Origin: a virus
Taxonomy: Duplodnaviria; Caudoviricetes
Virus record (IMG/VR): IMGVR_UViG_3300003937_000082
Location: 63-64,062 of that record
Strand: one strand, 5' to 3'
DNA: 64,000 bases
Part shown: positions 52,201 through 60,048 of the stretch, piece by piece
How the letters are laid out: the number at the start of each line of letters is the position of its first letter
Numbering within the stretch: position 1 is the first letter of the stretch
Notes under the pieces: model-generated
What the model was told of the DNA's origin: nothing
The model's input: only the letters and a program-made list of their open reading frames with translations
Database searches by the model: none
Translations under genes and position numbers: made by a program

Positions 52201-53028
52201 AACTTCTCGGTAGCAAATCTAGAGTTATATGAAGGTGGAGTAGCTGATCGTAGTGCAAATCCTATAGGATTATCAGTATTTGGCGGAATTACGAAGACGG
52301 CTGTGGCAACGGGTGCTGACCTTGTGGGGTATTCTTTTGGTAGCAATTCAAACTACTTAGAGCAATCGTATAATAGTGGTCTAGACTTTGGAACAGGTGA
52401 TTTTAGTGTCGTTTGTTGGGTAAAACCCGACTCGTCTATGTCAGCTTATCCTTCTATTGTAAATCGGTATGTAAGTAACAATCAAGAAAGTACTGCTTGG
52501 CTACTAAAGATTGCGGAAGGAACCTCTAGTTACTATTTCTTCAGTAATCAAACACAAATACTTAGTGCAACGGGTACAGTTATTTTTGGTGCCTGGCAAC
52601 AAGTTGCGGCAGTTAGACGTAATGGAATTCTATATCTTTATGTAGATGGAAAGCTAGAAGAAACTGGGGCAATGACTCACACCGTAACTCAAAGTGGAGC
52701 TAAACTTAGCCTATCAAAAGATGCAACGCACCACTTAGGAAATTCTAATTTAGCCTTACTTCGAGTATCAGCTACAGCACCAAGTCCAGAACAAATTGCC
52801 TATATGTACAACCAGGAAAAGCACCTCTTTCGACCAAATGCAAAAGCCTCTCTTTACGGATCTTCAAGTCGGGTAGTAGCACTCGCATATGATGATGGCA
52901 CAGAGCTACTTCATGCCGGTACAAATGCAGGACGTAGCGTGTTTCAAGGACTAACACGTATAGATAATACAACAGATGCAGTGACGCCCGCTATTAGTGC
53001 ATCAAACGGAATGGTAGCAGAGGAATAA
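49249..53028 (+). CDS. Tail fibre / adhesin with C-terminal LamG (ConA-like) domain
   Basis: MSKARDLAD start; AVDVFVYDTRKDSDGGAWRKR domain; LDFGTGDFSVVCWVK..WQQVAAVRRNGILYLYVDG is a LamG-like signature. Confidence 0.8.
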   Translation: MSKARDLADSADKDIAGTIVLDDITLSNDMSVADNGKVIFGNDADLEILYDTTNSIIKTTNTHSFKLMNGSSDYIVATPANAVTLYHNGSPKLATAAGGANVTGTLTAGSGIAVTNGTSDFSRTHSTTVNTLQILDLKATSAGNMADGFGPSIHFSASDTGTTSNQVAEINAVRAGSDTTFNLELQTADATRMTIGNGFVDITGTLNLSNNNTNNTNKEGHLLARQYASGTETEGFQVLQYFSNSSVNRIDVGGAASTYNAATAINFYTAANTTTRTGTNRLAIDSTGATFTDDVFVGAGDYGDKLNVTGTGHFTGNVTISRQTNDSGSTGLTFEKTRSTSVNGNTIVNSGDQLGYIAFRGNDGDQFLDGAYILAFVDSSPANNDMPTNLQFWTTEDGNSSPTERMRIAQDGRVGIGLGGSNPSYMLHVDGGSNPAARFEQNSSSVQIGEFSSGAVIWMDGSNGDLSGSDYFGIHALNTTDLSFSADGGVIRMTMKNDGKLGIGTANPSEKLEVAGTALVENAKLKAISENKTDTAVDVFVYDTRKDSDGGAWRKRTQNTSWYNETLNTSTRGARKEFPCVAVIVVKTDSTVVIYDGDDPDMPMWMVFNVANNTWLKHSGSGGCKAVVARDGIMVTGGDIRGSIVRFIADDGNVFESSHNYEHDGIVTRNTSGVGPSIGPIRIVHNTVNDVAITVLPNAPIDADTGLPVPTIAVATSGGVTVIKDDGNCVDITYTTIYKIIMFIDFTKDNNIIFGNDGYTSLQRWVKVYEIPLTDQTGSNGSDRSGALFHYIPYTNTGAYGANPEHMFPENVKLLDVISNAVATDDIGAVRISDDGKLLAYIASDYNTGYMNADTKLATLASTDDANISASGNTNLLVGGWTNNGSFPYETFTQSGLDITSAINTTAYGALNKTWTAVPGRTYTAKFNLTLNSGVAPRLFVQTTSSFGNGLEYQTVNGVNCFTFRATMSSSSYFTFATSNGDATNFSVANLELYEGGVADRSANPIGLSVFGGITKTAVATGADLVGYSFGSNSNYLEQSYNSGLDFGTGDFSVVCWVKPDSSMSAYPSIVNRYVSNNQESTAWLLKIAEGTSSYYFFSNQTQILSATGTVIFGAWQQVAAVRRNGILYLYVDGKLEETGAMTHTVTQSGAKLSLSKDATHHLGNSNLALLRVSATAPSPEQIAYMYNQEKHLFRPNAKASLYGSSSRVVALAYDDGTELLHAGTNAGRSVFQGLTRIDNTTDAVTPAISASNGMVAEE

Positions 53029-53030
53029 AC

Positions 53031-54134
53031 ATGACAGTAAGAATTACAAAACCAGAGATAAATGTACGTGATAAGCTTGCTGAACTTGACAAGCCAAGTG
53101 GTATTGCTGGTGAAGCAATGCTTCGTGCAGAGACACCGCAAGAACAGTTTGATTTAATTAGTGCTGGACGTAGAAACCTTTTTATAAATGGAGATTTTCG
53201 AATAGCCCAAAGAGGAACTTCACACACATATTCAAATGGTCAATCTGGTTATGATAGTCTAGATAGAATGTATAGTGCAAATTTCTCTAGCGGAACATTA
53301 GCATTGAGTCAGCAACACGCTGGACATGATGGTGTAGATGCGCTAAAATTTTTAAGAGCTACTACAGCTAGTACTGTAGGCGCTAGTGCTACAGCCTATT
53401 CGCAACAAAAAATAGAAGGCATAGAACAGTTTAATAATAAACATGTAACTATATCTTTTATGGTTAAGTCTAATGTCGATACAACCTTTCAATTAAGAAG
53501 AGAGTATAATTATGGTAGTAGTGGTTCAACCACTGAATATGATACCTTTGTAGATGTTCCTGTTACTACTTCATGGACAAAATTTACACATACTTATGAT
53601 GCTATAGATTTCAGTAATAAAACAATAGGATCAAATAACTACTATTCTATTATGTTTTATTGGTCAACCAACCAGGGTTCAAATAAAGTTAGAGATGGTA
53701 ATATTGATATTACAAACGTCCAAATAGACCTCGGTAAAGTAGCCACTCCGTTTGAGTATCGTTCATATGGTGAAGAACTGGCGTTGTGTCAGAGATATTA
53801 TTACAAATGGGCAGGCTCAGTATACGATTTCTGTACTGAAGTTCAAAAACATGGCAGTAATGAGTATAGAGCGGTGATCGATGTACCAGTAGCCTTACGA
53901 CTACGACCAACAATTACCTGGGCTGGTTTAGCGGTATGGTATGCTACAGGAAGTCTGAGCGCAGGTATCACTGCGATAGGAAACGGTTATCAAAGTTCTA
54001 CTAGAACTAATATCACTAGAGTTTCTTTAAATTTAACTCCTAGTAGTATGGCTCTTGCCGCCTATCAAGTAGGAATGTTGAGTGCCGATAGTACAGCTAA
54101 CGAACAATACATTGCATTCGATTCGGAGTTATAA
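53031..54134 (+). CDS. Tail fibre-associated carbohydrate-binding-like protein
   Basis: RRNLFINGDFRIAQRGTS and VQIDLGKVATPFEYRSYGEELALCQRYY motifs, widespread in phage tail proteins. Confidence 0.75.
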   Translation: MTVRITKPEINVRDKLAELDKPSGIAGEAMLRAETPQEQFDLISAGRRNLFINGDFRIAQRGTSHTYSNGQSGYDSLDRMYSANFSSGTLALSQQHAGHDGVDALKFLRATTASTVGASATAYSQQKIEGIEQFNNKHVTISFMVKSNVDTTFQLRREYNYGSSGSTTEYDTFVDVPVTTSWTKFTHTYDAIDFSNKTIGSNNYYSIMFYWSTNQGSNKVRDGNIDITNVQIDLGKVATPFEYRSYGEELALCQRYYYKWAGSVYDFCTEVQKHGSNEYRAVIDVPVALRLRPTITWAGLAVWYATGSLSAGITAIGNGYQSSTRTNITRVSLNLTPSSMALAAYQVGMLSADSTANEQYIAFDSEL

Positions 54135-54136
54135 TA

Positions 54137-54820
54137 ATGAATATACAAACAGTAAAAGTAAAACAACACGACTACTTAGTCAACGGAAACATGTCTGTGC
54201 CCAAATCTCCAGACAATCGACATTATCAAGAGATACTTGATTGGATCAATGCAGGCAATACACCTACTGGACCAGATGTTGTCGAACCAGACTATATTGC
54301 ACTACGCACAGGTCCCGAAGGCTATGCTCCAGTACATGAACAGCTTGCTATGCAAACAGACGGAACTTGGGAAGCCCATATAACAGACGTTAAAACACGT
54401 TTTCCTAAGACTAACAAGGGTAGTACTACTATAGGTGATGTACCTCAGGACTTGCTAGATGCCGCTGCCGATAAACTTGCCGCAAAACAACTCGCAGACT
54501 ACACTACAGCAAAATCTAGATTAGCACAATATATCGTTGCAGATGGTCGTGAAGAAGTTACTGAAAGTCAACGTACACATGAACAAGTTTGGGACGAAGA
54601 TACAGAAGAAATGGTATACGTGATGGCTGATGTCATTACCGTCACTGCTATCGAGCCTGTTGATGCTACAATAACAAGACTGGCATATCTTGATGGGGAT
54701 CCTACAGAAGAAACTATTGAGAACCCTCTCATCACAAAAGATAAAGCAGAGAGAGCCGATGCTCAAGCTATTGTAGACGCAACTCCTTCAAAAGTAGTGG
54801 ACGCATACAACGCTTTATAA
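54137..54820 (+). CDS. Putative tail-fibre assembly chaperone-like protein
   Basis: VPKSPDNRHYQEILDWINAGNTP motif, typically found downstream of ELALCQRYY genes; acidic helical C-terminus. Confidence 0.6.
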   Translation: MNIQTVKVKQHDYLVNGNMSVPKSPDNRHYQEILDWINAGNTPTGPDVVEPDYIALRTGPEGYAPVHEQLAMQTDGTWEAHITDVKTRFPKTNKGSTTIGDVPQDLLDAAADKLAAKQLADYTTAKSRLAQYIVADGREEVTESQRTHEQVWDEDTEEMVYVMADVITVTAIEPVDATITRLAYLDGDPTEETIENPLITKDKAERADAQAIVDATPSKVVDAYNAL

Positions 54821-54868
54821 ATAAGAATATACATAAACGCTATTGGGGAGAGTGAACCTTGGCAACGA
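54816..54868 (+). promoter_or_regulatory. Late promoter plus conserved leader, type A copy 2
   Basis: TATAAATAAGAAT..ATAAACGCTATTGGGGAGAGTGAACC-TTG-GCAACGA; the promoter overlaps the upstream TAA. Confidence 0.8.
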
Positions 54869-57800
54869 ATAGAGATTTCATAGTAAAGAATGGACTATCA
54901 GTGGGTGGCGATATCGCTGTAACTGGTAATGTCACATCAGACTTACACTTAAACGATAATGCCAAAATTAAAATTGGTAGTGCCTCTAATGGCGATCTTC
55001 AGATTTATCACACAACATCAGGTTCAGACGCAAACAACTCTTTCATCGAAGATATCGGTACAGGTAGCTTATATCTGAGAGCAGACACATCAGTAAGAAT
55101 TCAGTCGTACGGTGACAATAACGACATGATTAGGGCTGATAAAGCTGGCGCAGTAACTCTATACCACAATAACGGAGCTCGCCTTGCTACAACAGCAAGC
55201 GGCATAAGCGTGCCAGGAACTGCTTCGATTGGTGAGGTAAGCGTACAAAGTGAATTGTTCTTAGGTTCTTCTTCAAATGGTAAACTAACGCAAAGTGGTT
55301 CAAGTTGGTTATTTCATACTTATGCCAGTGGAGCATTCGGAGAAAGATTTAGAATACTCGATACGGGTGCAAACGTCACTGGTAACTTAGATACAACTAC
55401 ACTAAGTTCAGGCAATATAACAACAACTGGATATCTACGTGGTCCATCGACCTTTACGATTGATCCCGCAACTCACGCTGATAATACTGGAACTGTAGTC
55501 ATTGCTGGTAACTTAACAGTAGACGGTACTCAAACAACAATTAATTCCACAACCTTAACAGTAGATGATAAAAATATTGTATTGGCTTCTGGTGCTGCCG
55601 ATTCGGCTGCCGCAAATGGTGCTGGTATTACTGTAGATGGTGCAAGTGCAACACTCTTATATGCCTCATCTGGTGATAAGTTTGCCTTTAATAAATCTTT
55701 AGATATTACTGGAAATGCAACTGTCAGTGGAGAAGTTAGAACGACAAACGTTAATACGGCTTCTTCCACAGGCGTTCTTGCGCTGTATGGAGGAGCTACA
55801 AATCCTGGAGGTAAGATAGTATTATCAGGTGGTAATAATACTGGTGCTACGGGTTCTGGAATTGCGTTTCACGCTGGTGCTTCTACAGCCAATCCTGCCG
55901 AGCGTATGCGTATTCTCAGTGGTGGTAACGTTGGTATCGGAACAGATGCTCCAGGAACAAAACTTCATGTATCTGCAGGAAGTACAAATGCAAATACTAT
56001 AGTTCGTTTACAGCAAGGAACAACCGCTGGAAACTATAGTGGAATAGAATTAGGAAGAACTGACGGTTCAGGAAATGTTCAGACAACCCCTGCCATATTT
56101 GGAGGAGTTCCTATATCTGGAATAGCAGGTGTAGTAATGGGTTCGACAAATACCGCAATTCCCGCTGTAGCGATTCAATCAGCAAACTCTTCAAATGGAC
56201 ACATCGTATTTAATCCAAAAGGCCAAGAAAAAGTTAGAATTAGTGCGGATGGTAAAGTTGGTATAGGTAATAACGATCCCCAAGGTCGCTTACATCTTAA
56301 TGACTCTGGTACTGCTATACCTACATCGGGCTATGGCACAGGGTTGATGGTTTCACGCACAGACGGTTTGATGGGTACGATGTTTGGTTTTTTAAATAGT
56401 CCACAATCTGGATATTTACAAGGAGCAAACTTTACTAACACAGATACGAAACCTTTTCTCATAAATCCTCGTGGTGGTAACGTTGGTATCGGAACAACTA
56501 ATCCAAGTACTCTTTTAACTGTAAGTGAAACTGCATCAGACCACACAAGTGCCGCTATTTCGATAGAAAACACACAAAATGGTGGTTACGGAGGTATACT
56601 AAATTTTGTAAGCACAAGAGCTGGTACTCAAGTTACCGCCGCTACCATCGGAACTGACGGGATGGAAAATTGGAGTGATGTCGCAAGCACCAGTTCAAAT
56701 TTAAAATTTTCTACAGTCAACGATGGCACTCTTGCGGAAAGAATGCGGATCCACTCATCGGGTAAAGTTGGTATCGGAACGGGAACAAGTATTCCAAGTT
56801 CTTTACTAGAATTAAGAAAAACAACAGCAGGTCTTATCACCGGTGGATCAGGTAACACGGGTCCAGTTCTTACACTTCATCACGAAGCTCAATGGGAAAA
56901 TGGTTATAGCGGAGGAGATTGGTTAGGAGCTATAGATTTCTCTACAGGTGATGCTTCAGTTGGAGAAGGTGTAAGAGCCTCGATAAGAACAACTGTAAAT
57001 AATTATTATAATACACATGCCTTAGCTTTTTATACAGCAAATCAAGGAGATACTACCCTTGATGAGAGAATGCGGATCAAAGAAAACGGCTTAGTTGGTA
57101 TAGGAACACAAAGTCCACTTGCAAAATTACATGTTCGAGGGGATTCAACAGATACTAGACTTTTACTAGAAATGGACGGAGATGATGTAGGCGGAGAAGC
57201 GAAACTTCAATTTAAAGTTGATAGTCAAGATGCTGATACTCGAATTAAAGCCGCAATTATATTTCAAAGAGAGGATCCTGGAACGAGAGGAACAGGTAAT
57301 TTACATTTTGCTGTTGAAGGAAGCAATAACGATACTAATGCTACGACTGCTCATAGCAGAATCATGATTCAATCAGACGGTAATGTTGGTATAGGAAATA
57401 CTAATCCTAAAAGACCCTTACAAATAGGGGAAACAGGTTCTTTCCCTATTTCATTCAACGGCAACTATCCTGATATCCACATGAACACTTACTATGAAAG
57501 TGGCTGGAGAATACACACAGCAGGGTTTGGCGCCAAAACTACTTTCAATGGAGCAACTGGTGCATTTGGATTCTCTAACGTAGCTTCTTCTCAAAGTGCT
57601 GGCGCTAACTTTACTCCTGAAGAAAGACTTACTATTCTAGCTAATGGTAATGTTGGTATAGGAAATACCAACCCAAGTGACAGACTAGTCGTACAAAAAG
57701 ATAGTGCAAATATAGAACCTATACTTGTTATTAAAAATGATAATACCACAGACGATAATGGTACTTCAATAGATTTTTCAGGTAAAGACACTGGCGGCAA

Positions 57801-59037
57801 TAATATAACATATGGTCGTATAGCAGCCATGTATTCTAATCATGCTACTGAAAAATCTCATATGATATTCTCACATAGAAATAACACTGGTAATTTTGCA
57901 CAATGGATGAGAGTAACGCATGATGGTCGTGTTGCTATAGGCGCACATAGTCCTTCAGCCCCATTACATATTCAAACTGCTGACGGCACAACTAATAGTG
58001 CGGTTAATAGTTTAACGATTACAAATTTATCTAGTGGCACTACTACTACAGGGTTTGGTGGAGAGATTAGATTCCAAGCACAAAGAAATAATGGTGTTAA
58101 TCAAAACACTGGTGGCATAAGATCGATTGCAGAAGTTAATGCTGGAACTAATATATCTTCTGGTCTGGCTTTTGATACAGGCACAGCTGGTGTGACCAGT
58201 GAAAAAATGCGTATTACCAATACAGGTATTGTTGATATTGGTAAAGCGGCATTTAGCAATGCTCCTACTGGCTCTAAATTCAATGTATATGGAGATGGCG
58301 AAGTATTTAGACTAGATGGTACTGGCGGCACTTCAAGAACATTCCGATTTAGAAATGTCAGTACAGGTAATCCTGGTATTATTACCGCTGATGGGTCATT
58401 AGAGATTGGCACTGAAGACGCAAATACTTCAATCGGTTTATTGTCCATGAGGGACATAACATATAAAACCACAAAAACAAACAGTACCGCAGGCCATCAT
58501 AAATTCTACAGCCATAACACTGAAATCGTCAGAATTGATGGTCAACACAATAGAGTTGGTATCATGCAATCAAATCCAACTATTCCTCTTGATATAGAGC
58601 CTGATAGTTCTAAGAGAATATTTGGATCTCAACAAAATAATACTCAACATGGTTTCTGTGAATATTTAATTTCTGGTACAATTGGTGCTGGTGCTGTCAC
58701 GATTACGATGCAATGCTCTAGCTATTGGCAAGCTGAAGTTACTGCAACATTCCAGCAATCAAATGGCGGCAGTGATAATAACGTATACTTTAATGGTATT
58801 TGGTCAAATAACCATACAACCCATCTATTTAAAAATAAAACTAATGGCGGAACAGTTCCTCAAATTGGATCTATGGGTGTTACCCCAACATATAGCGTAG
58901 GTGTTGGAGATGCGGCATCCAATAGTGGTAAACTAGTATTCACAAAACCAGCACTTGCAAATAGTTCGGGTACTTATACTGTGAGGGTAGTTGCATATGG
59001 TTATGGTAGTAAAGATATGACATACGTTGTTTCATAA
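54859..59037 (+). CDS. Long tail fibre protein (array member 6), TTG start
   Basis: MATNRDFIVKNGL start; shared stem; about 10 ERMRI..G.VGIG units; unique tip. Confidence 0.82.
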   Translation: MATNRDFIVKNGLSVGGDIAVTGNVTSDLHLNDNAKIKIGSASNGDLQIYHTTSGSDANNSFIEDIGTGSLYLRADTSVRIQSYGDNNDMIRADKAGAVTLYHNNGARLATTASGISVPGTASIGEVSVQSELFLGSSSNGKLTQSGSSWLFHTYASGAFGERFRILDTGANVTGNLDTTTLSSGNITTTGYLRGPSTFTIDPATHADNTGTVVIAGNLTVDGTQTTINSTTLTVDDKNIVLASGAADSAAANGAGITVDGASATLLYASSGDKFAFNKSLDITGNATVSGEVRTTNVNTASSTGVLALYGGATNPGGKIVLSGGNNTGATGSGIAFHAGASTANPAERMRILSGGNVGIGTDAPGTKLHVSAGSTNANTIVRLQQGTTAGNYSGIELGRTDGSGNVQTTPAIFGGVPISGIAGVVMGSTNTAIPAVAIQSANSSNGHIVFNPKGQEKVRISADGKVGIGNNDPQGRLHLNDSGTAIPTSGYGTGLMVSRTDGLMGTMFGFLNSPQSGYLQGANFTNTDTKPFLINPRGGNVGIGTTNPSTLLTVSETASDHTSAAISIENTQNGGYGGILNFVSTRAGTQVTAATIGTDGMENWSDVASTSSNLKFSTVNDGTLAERMRIHSSGKVGIGTGTSIPSSLLELRKTTAGLITGGSGNTGPVLTLHHEAQWENGYSGGDWLGAIDFSTGDASVGEGVRASIRTTVNNYYNTHALAFYTANQGDTTLDERMRIKENGLVGIGTQSPLAKLHVRGDSTDTRLLLEMDGDDVGGEAKLQFKVDSQDADTRIKAAIIFQREDPGTRGTGNLHFAVEGSNNDTNATTAHSRIMIQSDGNVGIGNTNPKRPLQIGETGSFPISFNGNYPDIHMNTYYESGWRIHTAGFGAKTTFNGATGAFGFSNVASSQSAGANFTPEERLTILANGNVGIGNTNPSDRLVVQKDSANIEPILVIKNDNTTDDNGTSIDFSGKDTGGNNITYGRIAAMYSNHATEKSHMIFSHRNNTGNFAQWMRVTHDGRVAIGAHSPSAPLHIQTADGTTNSAVNSLTITNLSSGTTTTGFGGEIRFQAQRNNGVNQNTGGIRSIAEVNAGTNISSGLAFDTGTAGVTSEKMRITNTGIVDIGKAAFSNAPTGSKFNVYGDGEVFRLDGTGGTSRTFRFRNVSTGNPGIITADGSLEIGTEDANTSIGLLSMRDITYKTTKTNSTAGHHKFYSHNTEIVRIDGQHNRVGIMQSNPTIPLDIEPDSSKRIFGSQQNNTQHGFCEYLISGTIGAGAVTITMQCSSYWQAEVTATFQQSNGGSDNNVYFNGIWSNNHTTHLFKNKTNGGTVPQIGSMGVTPTYSVGVGDAASNSGKLVFTKPALANSSGTYTVRVVAYGYGSKDMTYVVS

Positions 59038-59049
59038 GGAGAAATATAA

Positions 59050-59250
59050 ATGAAAATGGTATTTAAAATAGATACAGGTGAAATGATTGCTTACGGGACG
59101 GGAGATGTATCACAATGGTCTGACACTACTGTTTATTACACGCACGTAGCAGAAGATGAAGTATATCCTGGCAATATCACATACACATATGATGGCGAGA
59201 ACGTAATAGAGGGTGATCCTATTGCATTACACGATTTAACGGGCAGCTAA
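59050..59250 (+). CDS. Small acidic protein, putative fibre partner
   Basis: 66 aa with AAGGAG RBS directly after the fibre stop; YTYDGENVI motif. Confidence 0.65.
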   Translation: MKMVFKIDTGEMIAYGTGDVSQWSDTTVYYTHVAEDEVYPGNITYTYDGENVIEGDPIALHDLTGS

Positions 59251-59258
59251 TGCTCACA

Positions 59259-59266
59259 TATAAATA
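59259..59266 (+). promoter_or_regulatory. T4-type late promoter
   Basis: Exact intergenic TATAAATA 33 nt before the gp13 ATG. Confidence 0.85.
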
Positions 59267-59299
59267 GTTATAGCAATCTACTAACTATGGGAAATAGAT

Positions 59300-60043
59300 A
59301 TGGCACAGCCAACGACAAGACAGGAATTTGCAGAATGGTGCCTAAGAAAATTAGGTAAACCAGTAATAGAGATTAACATTGATGAAGATCAGGCACAAGA
59401 TCGTATTGATGAAGCTCTATCGTATTACTGGGACTACCATTTCGATGGCAGTGAGAGAACATTCTTCAAGCACAAAGTAACAGAAACAGATAAAACTAAT
59501 CAGTACATTACTGTACCAGAAAATATTATAGGTGTGATTAATTTATTTCCAGTGGGATCAAGTATCACTGCAAGTACCGGAATGTTCAATGTCCAGTATC
59601 AATTTGTATTGAATAACATACATGATATGATCAATTATAACTTAACTAATTACTTCATGTCAATGCAAAATTTGCAATTTATGGAAGAAATATTAGTTGG
59701 TATGCAACCGATCAGATATAATAGACATATTAACAGACTTTTTATTGACGTAGACTGGGATAGATTAGTCGTAGGAGAATATATTGTAGCAGAGTGTTAT
59801 AGAGTTGTTGATCCTACAGTATACGCTGATGTCTACAAAGACCGTTGGTTACAAAACTATGCCACAGCTAAAATTAAATATCAATGGGGCAGTAATTTGA
59901 CCAAATTTAATGGCATGACATTGCCAGGCAACATCCAGTTTAGCGGAGAACAGATTTTAAATGACGCACGTGATGAGATAGCGAAGTTAGAAGAAGAAAT
60001 GATATCTTCGTACTCTCTTCCTGTCGTTGACATGATAGGGTAG
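59300..60043 (+). CDS. gp13: Neck protein gp13
   Basis: WCLRKLGKPVIEINIDEDQ..DRIDEAL..YHFDG and KYQWGSNLTKF.GMTLPG motifs; synteny. Confidence 0.93.
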   Translation: MAQPTTRQEFAEWCLRKLGKPVIEINIDEDQAQDRIDEALSYYWDYHFDGSERTFFKHKVTETDKTNQYITVPENIIGVINLFPVGSSITASTGMFNVQYQFVLNNIHDMINYNLTNYFMSMQNLQFMEEILVGMQPIRYNRHINRLFIDVDWDRLVVGEYIVAECYRVVDPTVYADVYKDRWLQNYATAKIKYQWGSNLTKFNGMTLPGNIQFSGEQILNDARDEIAKLEEEMISSYSLPVVDMIG

Positions 60044-60048
60044 ACACT

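Larger units (their letters stand above)
33753..55700 (+). repeat. Dispersed ~60-90 aa fibre stem module (LRGPSTFxIDPAxHGxxSGTVxIAGxLxVxGT..STTLxVxDKNIxL), 6 copies
   Basis: Copies begin near 33753, 36807, 37710, 41624, 45577 and 55426. Exact DNA matches include GGTCCATCGACCTTTACGATTGATCC at 33759 and 55441. Confidence 0.9.

Noticed and set aside
34965-57668. CRISPR-like array suggested by recurring 14-26 nt repeats
   Set aside because: The repeats are in-frame coding motifs at irregular spacing of hundreds to thousands of nt, with no cas genes.
32910-59037. Diversity-generating retroelement acting on fibre tips
   Set aside because: No reverse transcriptase, and I saw no ~100-nt template/variable pair differing only at adenines. 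Repeats lie in stems and leaders, not at the tips. An element elsewhere in the genome cannot be excluded.
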